64,000 bases of DNA from Prorocentrum cordatum. Its lineage: Eukaryota. The position numbers and the translations under genes are program-made. Numbering within the stretch: the first letter of the stretch is position 1; every line of letters starts with the position of its first letter. This document shows, in pieces, positions 34,790 to 45,949 of the stretch. Below the pieces are notes generated by a model. It was given only the letters and a program-made list of their open reading frames with translations, did not search any database and was not told the DNA's origin. The stretch covers positions 434,001 through 498,000 of the forward strand of contig CAUYUJ010000270.1 in the NCBI GenBank assembly GCA_963575745.1, written 5' to 3'.

Positions 34790-35800
34790 TATATGAGCTC
34801 GCCGGGGGGCCCAGAGATAAGCACGCTGTCACCGTCCTGCTCGTAATGGGCGGGTGCCTCTTCCAGCGCGGCTCTGAGCGCTGCGGAGTCCTCGGTGCGG
34901 ATTCCTCTGCATCGGCGGGCCTCGACCAGGAGTCCAGCAGCCTTGGCGGCCCAGGGGGGGGGCGATGGCCGCACGTAGCGTCTGTTTCGTTGTGCTGAGT
35001 AGAGCGGCGAGGTCGTCGACGTAGGTGGGATCATCGCCCCCTGTGATGGAGGAGATCGCAGAGATGAGGGGGTCGTACCTCATGCTCCAGAGGAGCGGGG
35101 AGGCTGTGCCACCCATCCCAACCGACCTCAGTAAGCGCCGCTCGGGACCTTTGTATTTTCCCTTTCAAATCCGTACTCTTCGCTCGGCGACCAATGAGTT
35201 GAGGGTCTGCAGCAACCGCGAAGGGAGCTTCCATCTACGAAGGAGGCTGTCCACCCATTGAAGTGATATTCTGACGAAGGCCTTATTCTGGTCGCAGAAG
35301 ATGACAGCAGTGCCAGGGGCGTTACCCAGCGTGGTAGCGGCGCGGTTGACTAACGCATCGACAGCGGCGGTGTGCCGCCCCAGGAGTGCGGCCCAGGCGG
35401 GGCCTGGTTCCGCTGGGGGCTTGGGGGGAGAGCTCAGGTGCCAGGTCACCTTTGTGATGTTGGGGCCGCATTGTCCTCCTCGCTTGGCAGCCCGGTTGGG
35501 GCTGAGGAGCGCTTCGACAGCCGGGCCTATTAGGTCAGCCAGAGAGGCGCCGTACAGCCGTCGAATGCAGGTGGGAAGTTGCAGCGGTCTCATGTCGTTG
35601 GGGGCTTCAGCGCCGGGCCTCTTCCCGATCCACACCAGCAGGTCGACAGAGGGTCCTAGCACCTCCTCGATGAGTGACGGGTTGAGGTCGGCGGCGTACC
35701 GCGCCTGGGCGATGAGGCAGGCGACGAATCTTGCCCCGGGGTGATATGCTTCGCACGGCACCCCGCCCACCCCTGGGGCGCTCCCGCCAGGGGTGAGGAC
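34790..35800 (-). pseudogene. Non-LTR reverse transcriptase (frameshifted)
   Basis: SAPGV(G)GVP, WIGK, MRPLQL, FCDQNKAF, GMGGTASPLLW, YVDDL. Confidence 0.92.
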
Positions 35801-36679
35801 GATGGCGGCTAGCCTTGCCCAACTTGGCCTGGGCCTGTCTGTGACCTCGATACCGGGGTGTCGCTGGAAGTAGAGGTCGAGTAGTCTCTTGGCGGTGCCG
35901 GGGAGAGGGGGGGCAGAATGCCATATCGCACTGCGGCTGTCCCAGACGACGTTGTCGATCTGGTTGGGCCTGTCGCGCCACGTGCCGCTGTGGTCGCGCG
36001 CGCCTAGGCTGGCGTGGGTTTTCTTGTATATCTCACGCCCCGTCCTGCAGTGGGCTGCCAGGGGTGAGCGCTCCGCCCCGGGACCTCCTTGTGAGGGGGA
36101 CAGGCGCGCTGCTCTTCTCTGCGTGACCTCGGCGCCCAACGCCCTGAGCCGCCGGCCAGCCTGGTCTGGGGCGAGGTCCTGCCCATCCCAGCCTTACTCG
36201 CGAAGCCAAGCCGCCAGTGTTCCCACAGGGCGTGTCGTCTCACTCTCCTGACTAGCTGCTGCGAGCAGAAGGCCTGGAGAGGCCCGCGTTCTGTGCGTTT
36301 TCCATTATTTCCACCAGTCCAGCAGTGCTGAGGAGAGGGCATGCCTGCCGAATCCCATGAGGGTAGCGAGGACAGGCGAGGTGGGGCCACCGCCTTCTGG
36401 CCCCCCTACCGCGCTAGGTTGCGCACTGGGGGGGTTGTCGAGAGAGGCGTCGCCATCGTCGTTGTCCGGGCGTCGGTCGGGGAACCCGCCCGGGCAAGCT
36501 GGTCTGATCCAGTCGGTCGGCTGGAGGAGGCCGCACAGGCTGACAAGCGGGACACCGAAGGAGAGCTCAAGGTGAGCGTAGAGCTCTCGGAGCTCCGCGT
36601 GCGCAGCGGTTGGGAGATTCCTGAGGTCTGCGGTTTTCATGGTATCATCCCTTCTAGCCCTCTTCGCACCCTGTGGTTC

Positions 36680-37345
36680 GAGTGAAATGAGGGCGTGGTC
36701 CGACAGCGTGAGTCTCCACAGTTTACGGGGCTCGTATGCGTGGACATGCTGGACTGGGCATGCACACATGTCGATCTGCGATTCGCTCTCCCTGTCGATT
36801 CTGGTGGGGCCGGGCATGTGTATGGCGGCTGGACCGGAGCTGGTCAGAACGCCCCCCAGGAGGGCTGCGGCCTCCACCTCTCCGTCTCTTGGGTGCTCGA
36901 GCTGCAGGTTGACGTCGCCGCCCCAGTATGTGTCGAGCGGCTCCCAATGCTCCACCGCTACGGCGATTCCTGCAAGGGTGTCCTCCTTTCTGGTAGGGGG
37001 GGAATACACTGACACCAGACGAACTCTCCTTTCGCGTTGCTGGACGATAGCGGAGAGGGCGCAGCCTGGGGCCAGGATCTGTTGCTCCAGGACGGGAATA
37101 CCGTGGGGGGGGGGATGCCGACACCTCCGGCGAGTCCTCCAGTTGGCCCGAGGTACCTGGGGGAGGCCACAAGAGTCCTCGCTGGAAACATAATTCTCCA
37201 AACCTCAGCTTCATGCTCAGACCAGTGCGTCTCTTGGATCAGGGCGATCCTATTATTCATCGTGACCTGGGTCAGCAGCGCGTGCTTAATCTGGTTCTTT
37301 CCGGCTGTGCAGCTTCTGAGGTGCCTCGCGTTCCAGCAGCTGATC
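36680..37345 (-). pseudogene. Apurinic-like (APE/EEP) endonuclease (frameshifted)
   Basis: CWNAR, IALIQETH, SVYSP, GGDVN, SQIDM, LSDHALI. Confidence 0.92.
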
Positions 37346-37869
37346 CTGGGCACACTGTTAGGGGGGGTGGTGTTGAGGGCCCGTATCACGTCATCTGAGG
37401 TGAGGCTACCGCACATGGTGCCCCATGTGGGCTGTCTCCAGGGGTCGGTGTGCAAGAGAGACCAAAGGCCTCTCGGTCCACGAACCTCGTGGTGGCACAT
37501 GGCTTCAAGTGCCCCGTTGAGCGCGCGTCGCGCCTGCGCCCAGGCGCGCGCGCGAGTCCCCGGCGCCAGGGCGCGGCGGGGGGGGGGCCCCAGCGCTCGG
37601 TGGAGCGTGCTGGGGCCCTCAGCCGAGTCTAGGGGCTTGCTAACTCGGACAGGAGGGCTTCTTCGCGCCGGAGCTGTTCCGCGATGTCGTCTGGGAAAGG
37701 GTGGTTTCTGAGCTGTGCCCGCGGGCATTGTCTTCCTGCGCGCGCCCGCGCCGCTGTCCACGCGCGCGCTATCTGGCTGCCCGTCGGGGCGGGGGCGCAG
37801 GCCAGTGCTTCCGAGCGTCTTGTGGTCCAGGAGCGCATCGCAAAGACTATCCTGCGTTGGAGGCAGCGC

Positions 37870-38980
37870 GGATCGAAGTGTATGCCGACCGCGTCGTAGA
37901 GCGTCCTGTCGCTTACTCCGAGTCCGCGGTAGTACCCAGCCAAGCCTACAGCTCTTGCTCTTTCGTCTGCGCTGGGGGGTCTGAGCCCGTGAATTCTGCC
38001 CTCCTTCACTAACCATCTTCCCCGGGCCCTGACCTTGTCTTCCGTGGCCGGGCTCTCCTTTCCCTTCCGGACATGACTAGTCCGAGACCTTCGGTGCACC
38101 CTGTAAATCGCTGTTCTGCACCGCAATCAGCGAGCATCTGCCTTGCCCCTTGCTTCAGCTCCGCTGGGTTCCGGAGGAACCACCTGTAGTTACTGTCTTC
38201 GTCGTATAGGGGGCATGGGAGGTGGGTCTGGTAACTGCTGGGAAGAATGGCGTCTGGGTCGTCCTGGGCGGTCCTGGACTGCGTCCATGTCGGGATCCTT
38301 CCGTCTGGTCTGTATGCCCATCTAGGCTCCCAAGGACTGGGGAGTCGGTTGCATGCTATCGCGCTGGTGCGGGGGGGGGGGAGATCGCGATCCATAGTCG
38401 CTCTCTGGGGCTGGCCACATGTTCACCCGCGTTCATTTTGACTGCCCATTCGGGGCTGATCTCCTCTATGGCCATTCTCATGGCGCCCCGATGAGCCAGT
38501 GGCATGGAGGCCACGTTCCCCACTAGGACCAGGACCGAAACGTCTGGCCTTCTCTTGTTTGCGAGGTACCACGCTGTTGGGACTGCAAAGAAGTGGGAGG
38601 ACTGAGCTCCTGTCAGACCATCCCTGCCAGCATGAGTGCCTGCTGCTGATAGGTTGTTACAGGGGGGTCCTGCCACTATTAGAAGGGTGCTGCCCTGGTC
38701 CAGGGAGTCCACGTGTTTTTCCCAAGGGGTCCCGTTGTCGTGGGGGTCCTTACGTCTGAAGAGGTCCCATACATCTTCCGCTGTTTGTCTATGCGGTGGG
38801 CCCCCGTCTTGAGGGTCTGGGGCGTTTGCCCATCTGCGCGTCACCGCCCCCGCCGCAGTCCTATTGTGCTCCACGAAGGCCGAGGATCGAAAGCTGCTGG
38901 TGGCTCCTAGCTTGCTAACGAGGTCGCCCACCGCGAGTCTGGCGATTCCCCAGCCGTCGAAGAGTAACACCAGGTGTAGG
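37870..38980 (-). pseudogene. C5 cytosine DNA methyltransferase domain N-terminal to APE
   Basis: LFDGWG (I), AGPPCNNLS (IV), V(G)NV (VI, ENV mutated), SPRERLW (VIII), RPPSADERARAVG (IX), DAVGIHF (X). Confidence 0.85.
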
Positions 38981-40284
38981 GGGCAGCATTCGCTCGTGGG
39001 GCCGTGTTGTGCTGCAGATCCGCCTCCACCTGTCCTTTGCTCCTGCTGTGTGAAGTTCCGTTCCGCTGCTTCCTGCATGCGGAGCCTGCCCGCATGTCGT
39101 CGACCGCCTGGTCGGGTCCCAGACGGATGGTGCCTTGTTCATGCAGGGACTGTAGCGCGTCTCGGATGGTGTTGTTGTCCAAGCCTGCTACCTGGCAGGC
39201 GGCAAGCACCTGGTCGGGAGGGGCTCCTGGGGAGAGCCCGGTTTCGCGATCTCTGTGCTGTGTCCATACCTGTTGGGGGACGTCGATTGGTTGTGGGGCT
39301 GCGGTGGGTTCGGGGGGTGCAAGAGGGTTAATCCTGGGCCTTACCGTCCTCGTTCCTTCTCCCGGTCCTCGCAGTTCAGCTGAAGTGCGTGCGAGACCCC
39401 TTCCAGGTCTACTCTGCACCGGCACTGTCGGTTGAGATTCCCGCATCGTTGCCAGGGACCGGGAATGGTTCTCTGCCGGCCTCGCGGTTCTCGGCTTTGT
39501 CCTGGGTCGCGTGCTCGTTCCCAGGGGGCCAGCCTGCCGGGTCCTCCTACTTCGGCTTCTACCTTGCCGTCGTACGGGGCCTATCGGCGTCCTGTCCCTG
39601 CTCTGCTGGTTTGCCTGCTGCTGGTGTTGGCGTTGGGTTGTGGTCACCTCAGCAGCGCCTACCCCTAGGGGCTGGCCCTCTGAGTTGTGCATCCTCTGCG
39701 GGGGGGTCAGAGGAAACCCTGCCTCAGCTTCCTGTGGCGGTCGTTCAGTGGGGCTGCCGTGGGGCGGGTCCCCCCTGAGGTTGAGCCAGGTGGGGTCGAC
39801 CGCCCTGAGCCCGCTGGTATTGGGGCCGGGAGCGTCACCCATGGCGACGGAGAGGATCCTTTCGAGGATCTCTTCGGTTAAGGGGGAGAAGGGGCATGCC
39901 GGCCCTCCCGCGTCGGGGATTCCGTTAGCTGCGGCTTGTAGGTGCGCGCAGGCGTCGCCCGCGGTTAGGGCCGCGCTCTCGGCCCCCCTACGCAGTGGGA
40001 GGGACTAGGATGCACGGACAGAGCAGAGTGGAGGACAGTTCGCAGCGCCATCGCCTGGGGCACTTCCATGCTTCAACTCGCAAAGCAGATCAGACAGGTG
40101 TTCACCAGAGCCTACTTATCTCACAGACTGATCACCCCCTTCAAGGCATACTGGGCACAGCACCCGCCGATCGGCACAAGGAGCTCGGCTCCCGAGAGGC
40201 CTCCCACGATATCAGAACGAACCACCAACCAAGAAGCTGTTAACCCACAACCCAGGCACGGAAGCGGGATGGGCCGAAGGCCAC

Positions 40285-40640
40285 TGTACATATGTATGTG
40301 TGTAAATACATGTGTTTATATGTGCATACATATATGTACATGTGTACACATCAGGAGTGAGAGGTCCAACGGTCATTCACTATCCATGGGCGCGTGGCTG
40401 AAGTGAGGTTCTGCGGTGCGGATTGGTGTTGTTGCTGCTGTTGTTGGTGATGATGTTGCTGCTGTTGATGTTGTTGGTGTTGTTGCTGGTGGTGTTGCTG
40501 TTGTTGTTAATGTTGTTGTGGCTGGTGTTCGTGTTATTATGGTGTTGCTGCTGCTGGTGTTTGTGGTGTTATTATTGGTGTTGGTGTTGCTGTTGTTGTT
40601 GTTTGTTGTTGTTGCTGCTGTTGTTGCTGTTGTTGCTGAA
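40285..40640 (+). repeat. (TA/TG)-rich tract, conserved dispersed motif and (GTT)n
   Basis: Same layout as 3310-3430 and 19690-19890. Confidence 0.8.
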
Positions 40641-40649
40641 CTCTCAATT

Positions 40650-42010
40650 CTGAAGAAGAAAGAAGTGTTGATCCCCCCTGCCCGGTGCACACTGTATTGG
40701 TTCAATTGAGAAGCCTTTTCCCAGGGCTCGCATCCTGTTTAATTTTCAGAAAAAAAAACCTTAAACTGCACCCCTGGCCCCCGAGTTACAATAATAACGG
40801 CTTCAGCCTGATACTTCCTCACATGTTTCCAAAGTCGCACTCTCGCGCGGGACGTCCTCGCTAGTTATGCAGGAACCGCGCTCTCGCGTGGGAATTCCTC
40901 GCACTTTATTCAGACGCCGCGCCCTCGACACTCAGGACTCGCGCTCTCGCTTTGGTCTTTCTAACGATTTACTTTGGAATCGCGCTATCGCTCGCACTTC
41001 CCTCGCGATTCAAGTAGTTTTCATGCTTCAGCAAAACGCCTGCTCGACCTGGTCGCCTGGGCCTGCCTTCCCGACCCGCCCGTTCGCCCGATGGGCCCGT
41101 CTGGTTCTGCCACGTGCGTTTTGCTCCTCGCCCCCCTCCTGCTAATCCCGTGCTCCATCCTTCTCCCTCCCCCTTCCATCCATCCTCTCTTCTCCTGCTT
41201 CAGGGGTTGCACCGATTGCACGCGGCAGGTAAAGAAGGTATACCCCCAGGGGGTCAGATCGAAAACGAAGAGGGCGGGCACCAAGGGTCTGCGATAATTA
41301 TACGCGTTGAATGGCACGCGAAGTGGTAAGAGTGAACAGTGTTACTGTGATTGGTGTTGATGTTGTTGTTGAGGTTGTTTGTTGTTGCTGCTGTTGGTGT
41401 TGTTGATGTTTTGTTGTTGTTGCTGATGCCGTTGTGTTTGTTGTTGGTAATGTGTGATCATGTTGTTGTTGCTGTTGTTGATGCTGGACTCTCACGAATG
41501 AAATAATAATTATTGTTGTTCCCCCCCCTCCGGTGCACATTGCATTTTTCAATTGAAGTGCCCCTCCAGCGCTTGCACCACGTTTTTTTGTCAGGGAAAA
41601 TAACTCCTCCTCAAACTGTGCCCCTGGCCCCCGGTTTACAACAACAACGGCTCCCGCTTGATATTTCCTCGAGATTTGCTCCGGCCCCCCGCTCCCGCTT
41701 GAGACTTTCTCGCAATTTACTCGAGAATCGCGCTCCCGCCTGAGACTCCCTTGCAATTTACTCAGGCGCCGCGCTCTTGCCATTCAGGAATCGCGCGTTC
41801 GGTGGGGACTTCCTCAAATTAAATTAGGAATCGTTCCCTCGCAGGAAACTTCCTGGCGAATCACGCAGAACCCACGAAGAAATATATACCCACCAAAAAT
41901 GATATGATCGAAGGCGAAGAAGGCGGGTGTCGACAGTTCGGGACATGCATACTGAATGACACTCGAACAAATAAGAGCGAACAATAGTTAAAATATTGTT
42001 GTTGTTGTGT
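40650..42010 (+). repeat. Degenerate tandem duplication with (GTT)n tracts
   Basis: 40673-40960 resembles 41521-41830 (CCGGTGCACA..TCAATTGA..AAACTG..CCCCTGGCCCCC..TTACAA); 41255-41350 resembles 41905-42000. Confidence 0.7.
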
Positions 42011-42027
42011 TTGGTGTCGACGTCCCC

Positions 42028-42222
42028 CACGCGACCGCCCACCCGCGACCTATCTGCGACCCACCCGCGATCCGCCCGCGACCAACCCGCGACCCATTCG
42101 CGACCCACCCTGCGACCCGCTCGCGACCCGCCCGCGACCCACCCGCAACCCGGCCCACGACCCACCCGCGACCCACCCGCGACCCAGCCCGCGACCCACC
42201 CGCGACCCACCCCGCGACCCAC
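42028..42222 (+). repeat. 11-bp minisatellite (CCCGCGACCCA)n
   Basis: Direct inspection. Confidence 0.9.
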
Positions 42223-42469
42223 CAACACTGCTTTTTCACTGAAAAACAGTGCCTGCGGCAAGCGCGTTGTATAACTTGTAGATGTCAAGCGCCTGCGGCG
42301 GAATTCTTCATAGCCTCGCAGACTGCCGACGCCCCCGCCACCCCCTCACTCTTATCCGCAACTGCGGGGTGCTACATAACTCACCCTTGTCTGGCCACAA
42401 AACGTGTTGGCAGGGCGGGCAGGGCACTTCGCCTGAGGATTCCTCGCAACGTATGGTCCTGAAGGTTGA

Positions 42470-42930
42470 AGCTTCCAACGGCTACGGCACACGGCCGTTT
42501 TCTACATGAAGCTCTCGCCTTAGCGCCGCGCCCACTCGTCTCCACAGCTTGCAACAATTGCAATAATGGACGGCGACCGTTGCCAAAGTGGAGCCTTTGC
42601 TTAAACGCCACGCACATTAGCTGTTAAAGCATTCAACCAAAACAGGGATGGAGGGCGGCTATTTTTCAAAATTAGGCCCTCGCCTTACCGCCGACCGAAT
42701 TCGTTTACATGTTGAAGGATGGAGGGCGGTTCTTTGTCAAAGTGGGGCTCTCGCCTGAGAGCCGCGAACATTCGTCTTACACGTTTGCAACAGTTACAAG
42801 GCGATTTCTTTTCAAAGTTGGGCTCTCGCTAGAGACCCCCTTGATCGCAGGAACCAAACAGTTGGCCAGAGGTTACTGATGCACGGATGGAGAACGGCTT
42901 CTTCTAAAAATAAGACTCGCACTTGAGACT
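42470..42930 (+). repeat. Degenerate tandem repeat family, also at 48455-48940 and 59230-59640
   Basis: GGATGGAGGGCGG..TTTCAAA..GGCTCTCGC units. Confidence 0.7.
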
Positions 42931-43104
42931 GCCTAGCACTTAGGAAACCATACACATGATGATATGCAAGACCATCGTCTGTGATCGCTTCACTGGCGCA
43001 AAATGTCAAGCCTCCCCCGCTCTGGAACTGGCTCCCCCACCCTCGAACATCTTCCCCCCGCCTGTACGGAACCCGGCCCCCCCCGCCCTCGCCGCCGCCA
43101 AACA

Positions 43105-43852
43105 ACGACGCCGTCGTCGTCCGTCGTCGTGTTCGTCGTCGTCGCGTGCCTGCGAGTCGGTCGATTGGGCGGGCGGGACCCGTCGTCTACGTCGACGTCC
43201 TCGTCGTCGTCGTCGTTGTCGTGGCCGTCATCGTCATCGTCGTCGCCGTCCTTGTCGTCGTCGTCGTCATCGTTTGCCGGCGCTGGGCGTCGTCGCCGTC
43301 GCCGTCGCCAGTGCCGTCGCCGCCGCCGCCGACGCCGCCGTCGTCCTCGTCGTGGTCGTCTTCGTCATCGTCGTCATCGACGTCGTGGGCGAGTCGGACG
43401 GGCAGGCGGCGGGGCACGTCGTCGTCGTCGTCACCCCTGCCTCGCCGTCTCCTGCCCCTCCACCTCCAGCTCCTACGCACCCTCTTGTTCCTCCTCCTGT
43501 CTCCTCTTTTTCTTCCTCCTCCGCGGCGTGGTAGACGTCGCCGTCGTGGTGGTGGGGGTCGTCGTCGTCATCAGAATCATCATAAGCATCACCACCACCA
43601 CCACAATCATCCTTATCCTCATCAGCATCATCATCAGCATCAGCATCATCATCAACATGATCATCACCATCATCATAATCAGCATAAACATCATCGTCAT
43701 CGTCATCATCATCATCATCATCCACATAATCATCCTCGTCATCATCACCGTCATCATTATCATCATCACGACCGGTATAATCTTCCTTCTCCTCCTCCTC
43801 CTCATCCACCTCCTCGTCATCACCATCATCTTCATCCTCTTCATTATCAACG

Positions 43853-43907
<55 letters not shown>

Positions 43908-44090
43908 GATCATCATCATCATCAGTACAACCAACCTCATCATCCTTCTCCTCCTCCTTCTCCTCCTCCTCCTCATCATCATCAGCATCATCAGTATCAT
44001 CAGCATCGTGCTTCTCCTCCTCATCATCAGCATGATCAGCATGAGCAAACTCATCATCGTCACCATCAGCATCATCATCATTATCATCAC

Positions 44091-44175
<85 letters not shown>

Positions 44176-44290
44176 TTCATCTTCATCATCAGCATCAGCA
44201 TCAGCATCAGCATCATCAGCAGCATCAGCATCAACATCAGCGTCATCATCATCATCATGATCCTCCTCCGCCTCCTCCTCCTCTTGTTTC
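43105..44290 (+). repeat. (CGT)n/(CAT)n/(CCT)n microsatellite field
   Basis: Direct inspection. Confidence 0.95.
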
Positions 44291-44369
44291 TCATCCCCCT
44301 CCCTCCGTCCTCGTCCTGCCCGCGTGCTTGCGCGGGCAGGGCGGCCCCCGCAGCAGGAGGAAGAGGCTC

Positions 44370-44432
44370 CTCGCGCATCTCGTTTTCCGTCTCGGAGAAG
44401 GGGCGGTCGTACTCGGCCCAGTCGTTGCGGTC
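44370..44432 (-). CDS. Candidate exon C of host gene (DRNDWAEYDRPFSETENEMRE)
   Basis: CAAG|G acceptor, GAG|GA donor, 63 nt, phase 0-0, GC3-rich. Confidence 0.6.
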
Positions 44433-44778
44433 CTTGGTCCAGGCGTGCGGGGATTGCGAGGGGAGGGGGAGGAAGAGAGGACGCGAGGGGACTGGGGAGG
44501 TGGAGGGGGCACGGGGTGAGGCGAGGGGGACTGCGAGGCACGAGGAGGGACAGAGCAATGAGGCGGCGGGCAGGCGAGGCGGTGCGAGGCACTGAGGGAA
44601 GGTAGGAGACAACGGGGGTCGGTAGGTGAAGCGAAGGCGAAGAGGGGCGAGAGAAATGGGCACGGGGCTGGGGGAGGGAGAAGATATGGGAATAAGGAGG
44701 AGGGGGAGCAAACACAACTGCGCACACATTTTCCTCCGCCATCACCACGGTCAATACAGCATGGGGCACAACACGGGC

Positions 44779-44781
44779 GCG

Positions 44782-44880
<99 letters not shown>

Positions 44881-44918
44881 GCGCGCGCGCGCGGGCGGGC
44901 ACACACACACACACACGC
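44779..44918. repeat. (CA)n-(CACG)n-(CG)n compound microsatellite
   Basis: Direct inspection. Confidence 0.95.
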
Positions 44919-45949
44919 TTCTTTCTTTCTCACACGCACACACACTTATGGTCGCATGCAGCGAACAACTGGGGCGGAAGCCGCTCGAGCGCCCAAAGGA
45001 AGTTAAAGGCGGTCTAAAAGACTCAACAAGGCTACCAAGGATCGACCCTAGAAAACAGGCAAGCGGAAAGACATGGAACGCCAACATACTGTTTGATTCC
45101 CGGCCAGTTGATCCAACACAGCGAAAGATTAGCAACGCCGCTTATGAGAATTACCACCGAACGTTGTTGATGGAGTGAGTGGCGCTGTACGCCCAGTGCA
45201 GAAAAAAAGGGGGCATGCAGGCCATGCAATGCAAGCGCCTCCAAAGGAAAGCGCAACAAGAGGGAACGACTGTACAACGCGAGGCGGAAAGATAACCGCA
45301 AGGGCGGCTCCGCAGGGCCGCAGGGCAGAACGCCAAGACAGCAGGCGAGTGGCGAGGAAGAGGAAGCTTCCAAGACAGAAGCCTAGCGAACGACTCCGGG
45401 AAAGCAGAGTGGCGCCGACCCACGAGTGGACGACCTGGGAGAGCAAGGAGGGAGGAGCAGGAGACGCCTGGGAGCCAGGGCGAACCCAGCGCCGGCAAGC
45501 GAGAAGGGAGGGGACCGACAGACGACCCGAGGAGAAGGGGAGAACGAAACCCCTGGCGACCACCCGAAGCGCGGGCGGAAAGAGACCAAGAGCACCGAAC
45601 AAATCCGTATCCGCGCCCTCGTGGCCTGGATTCTGGGGCGCGATCCCGCGGATACGCAATCGCACGGATACGTTTCGCGCGGGGCCTCCGAGAAACAACG
45701 CCCCGCATCCGCGGCGTCGCGGCCCGAGGGCCTGGCCCACGACTGCGCCGATACGGATCTGTCATTCGCCCACGAGGAGAGCATGACGCGACGCACGACG
45801 GCGAAGGAGGGAAGGACGATCCACCCTGCGGCGCGAGATTGGCTACAAGGCCAATTGCACGAGAGCGCCGGCGCGACCGCGGCCACCGCCGCTTCGCCGC
45901 AAAGCCTAAGCCAAGAAAGACCATCTCGCAGGCGCCAATACGTCAGCGA

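Larger units (their letters stand above)
22030..40080 (-). mobile_element. Giant decayed non-LTR (LINE-like) retrotransposon: DNMT-APE-RT-CCHC-RNase H plus co-linear helicase cargo; ends approximate
   Basis: 18 kb of repeat-free, apparently intronless sequence with continuous minus-strand frameshifted ORFs, embedded in repeat DNA; no TSD or poly(A) identified. Confidence 0.7.
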
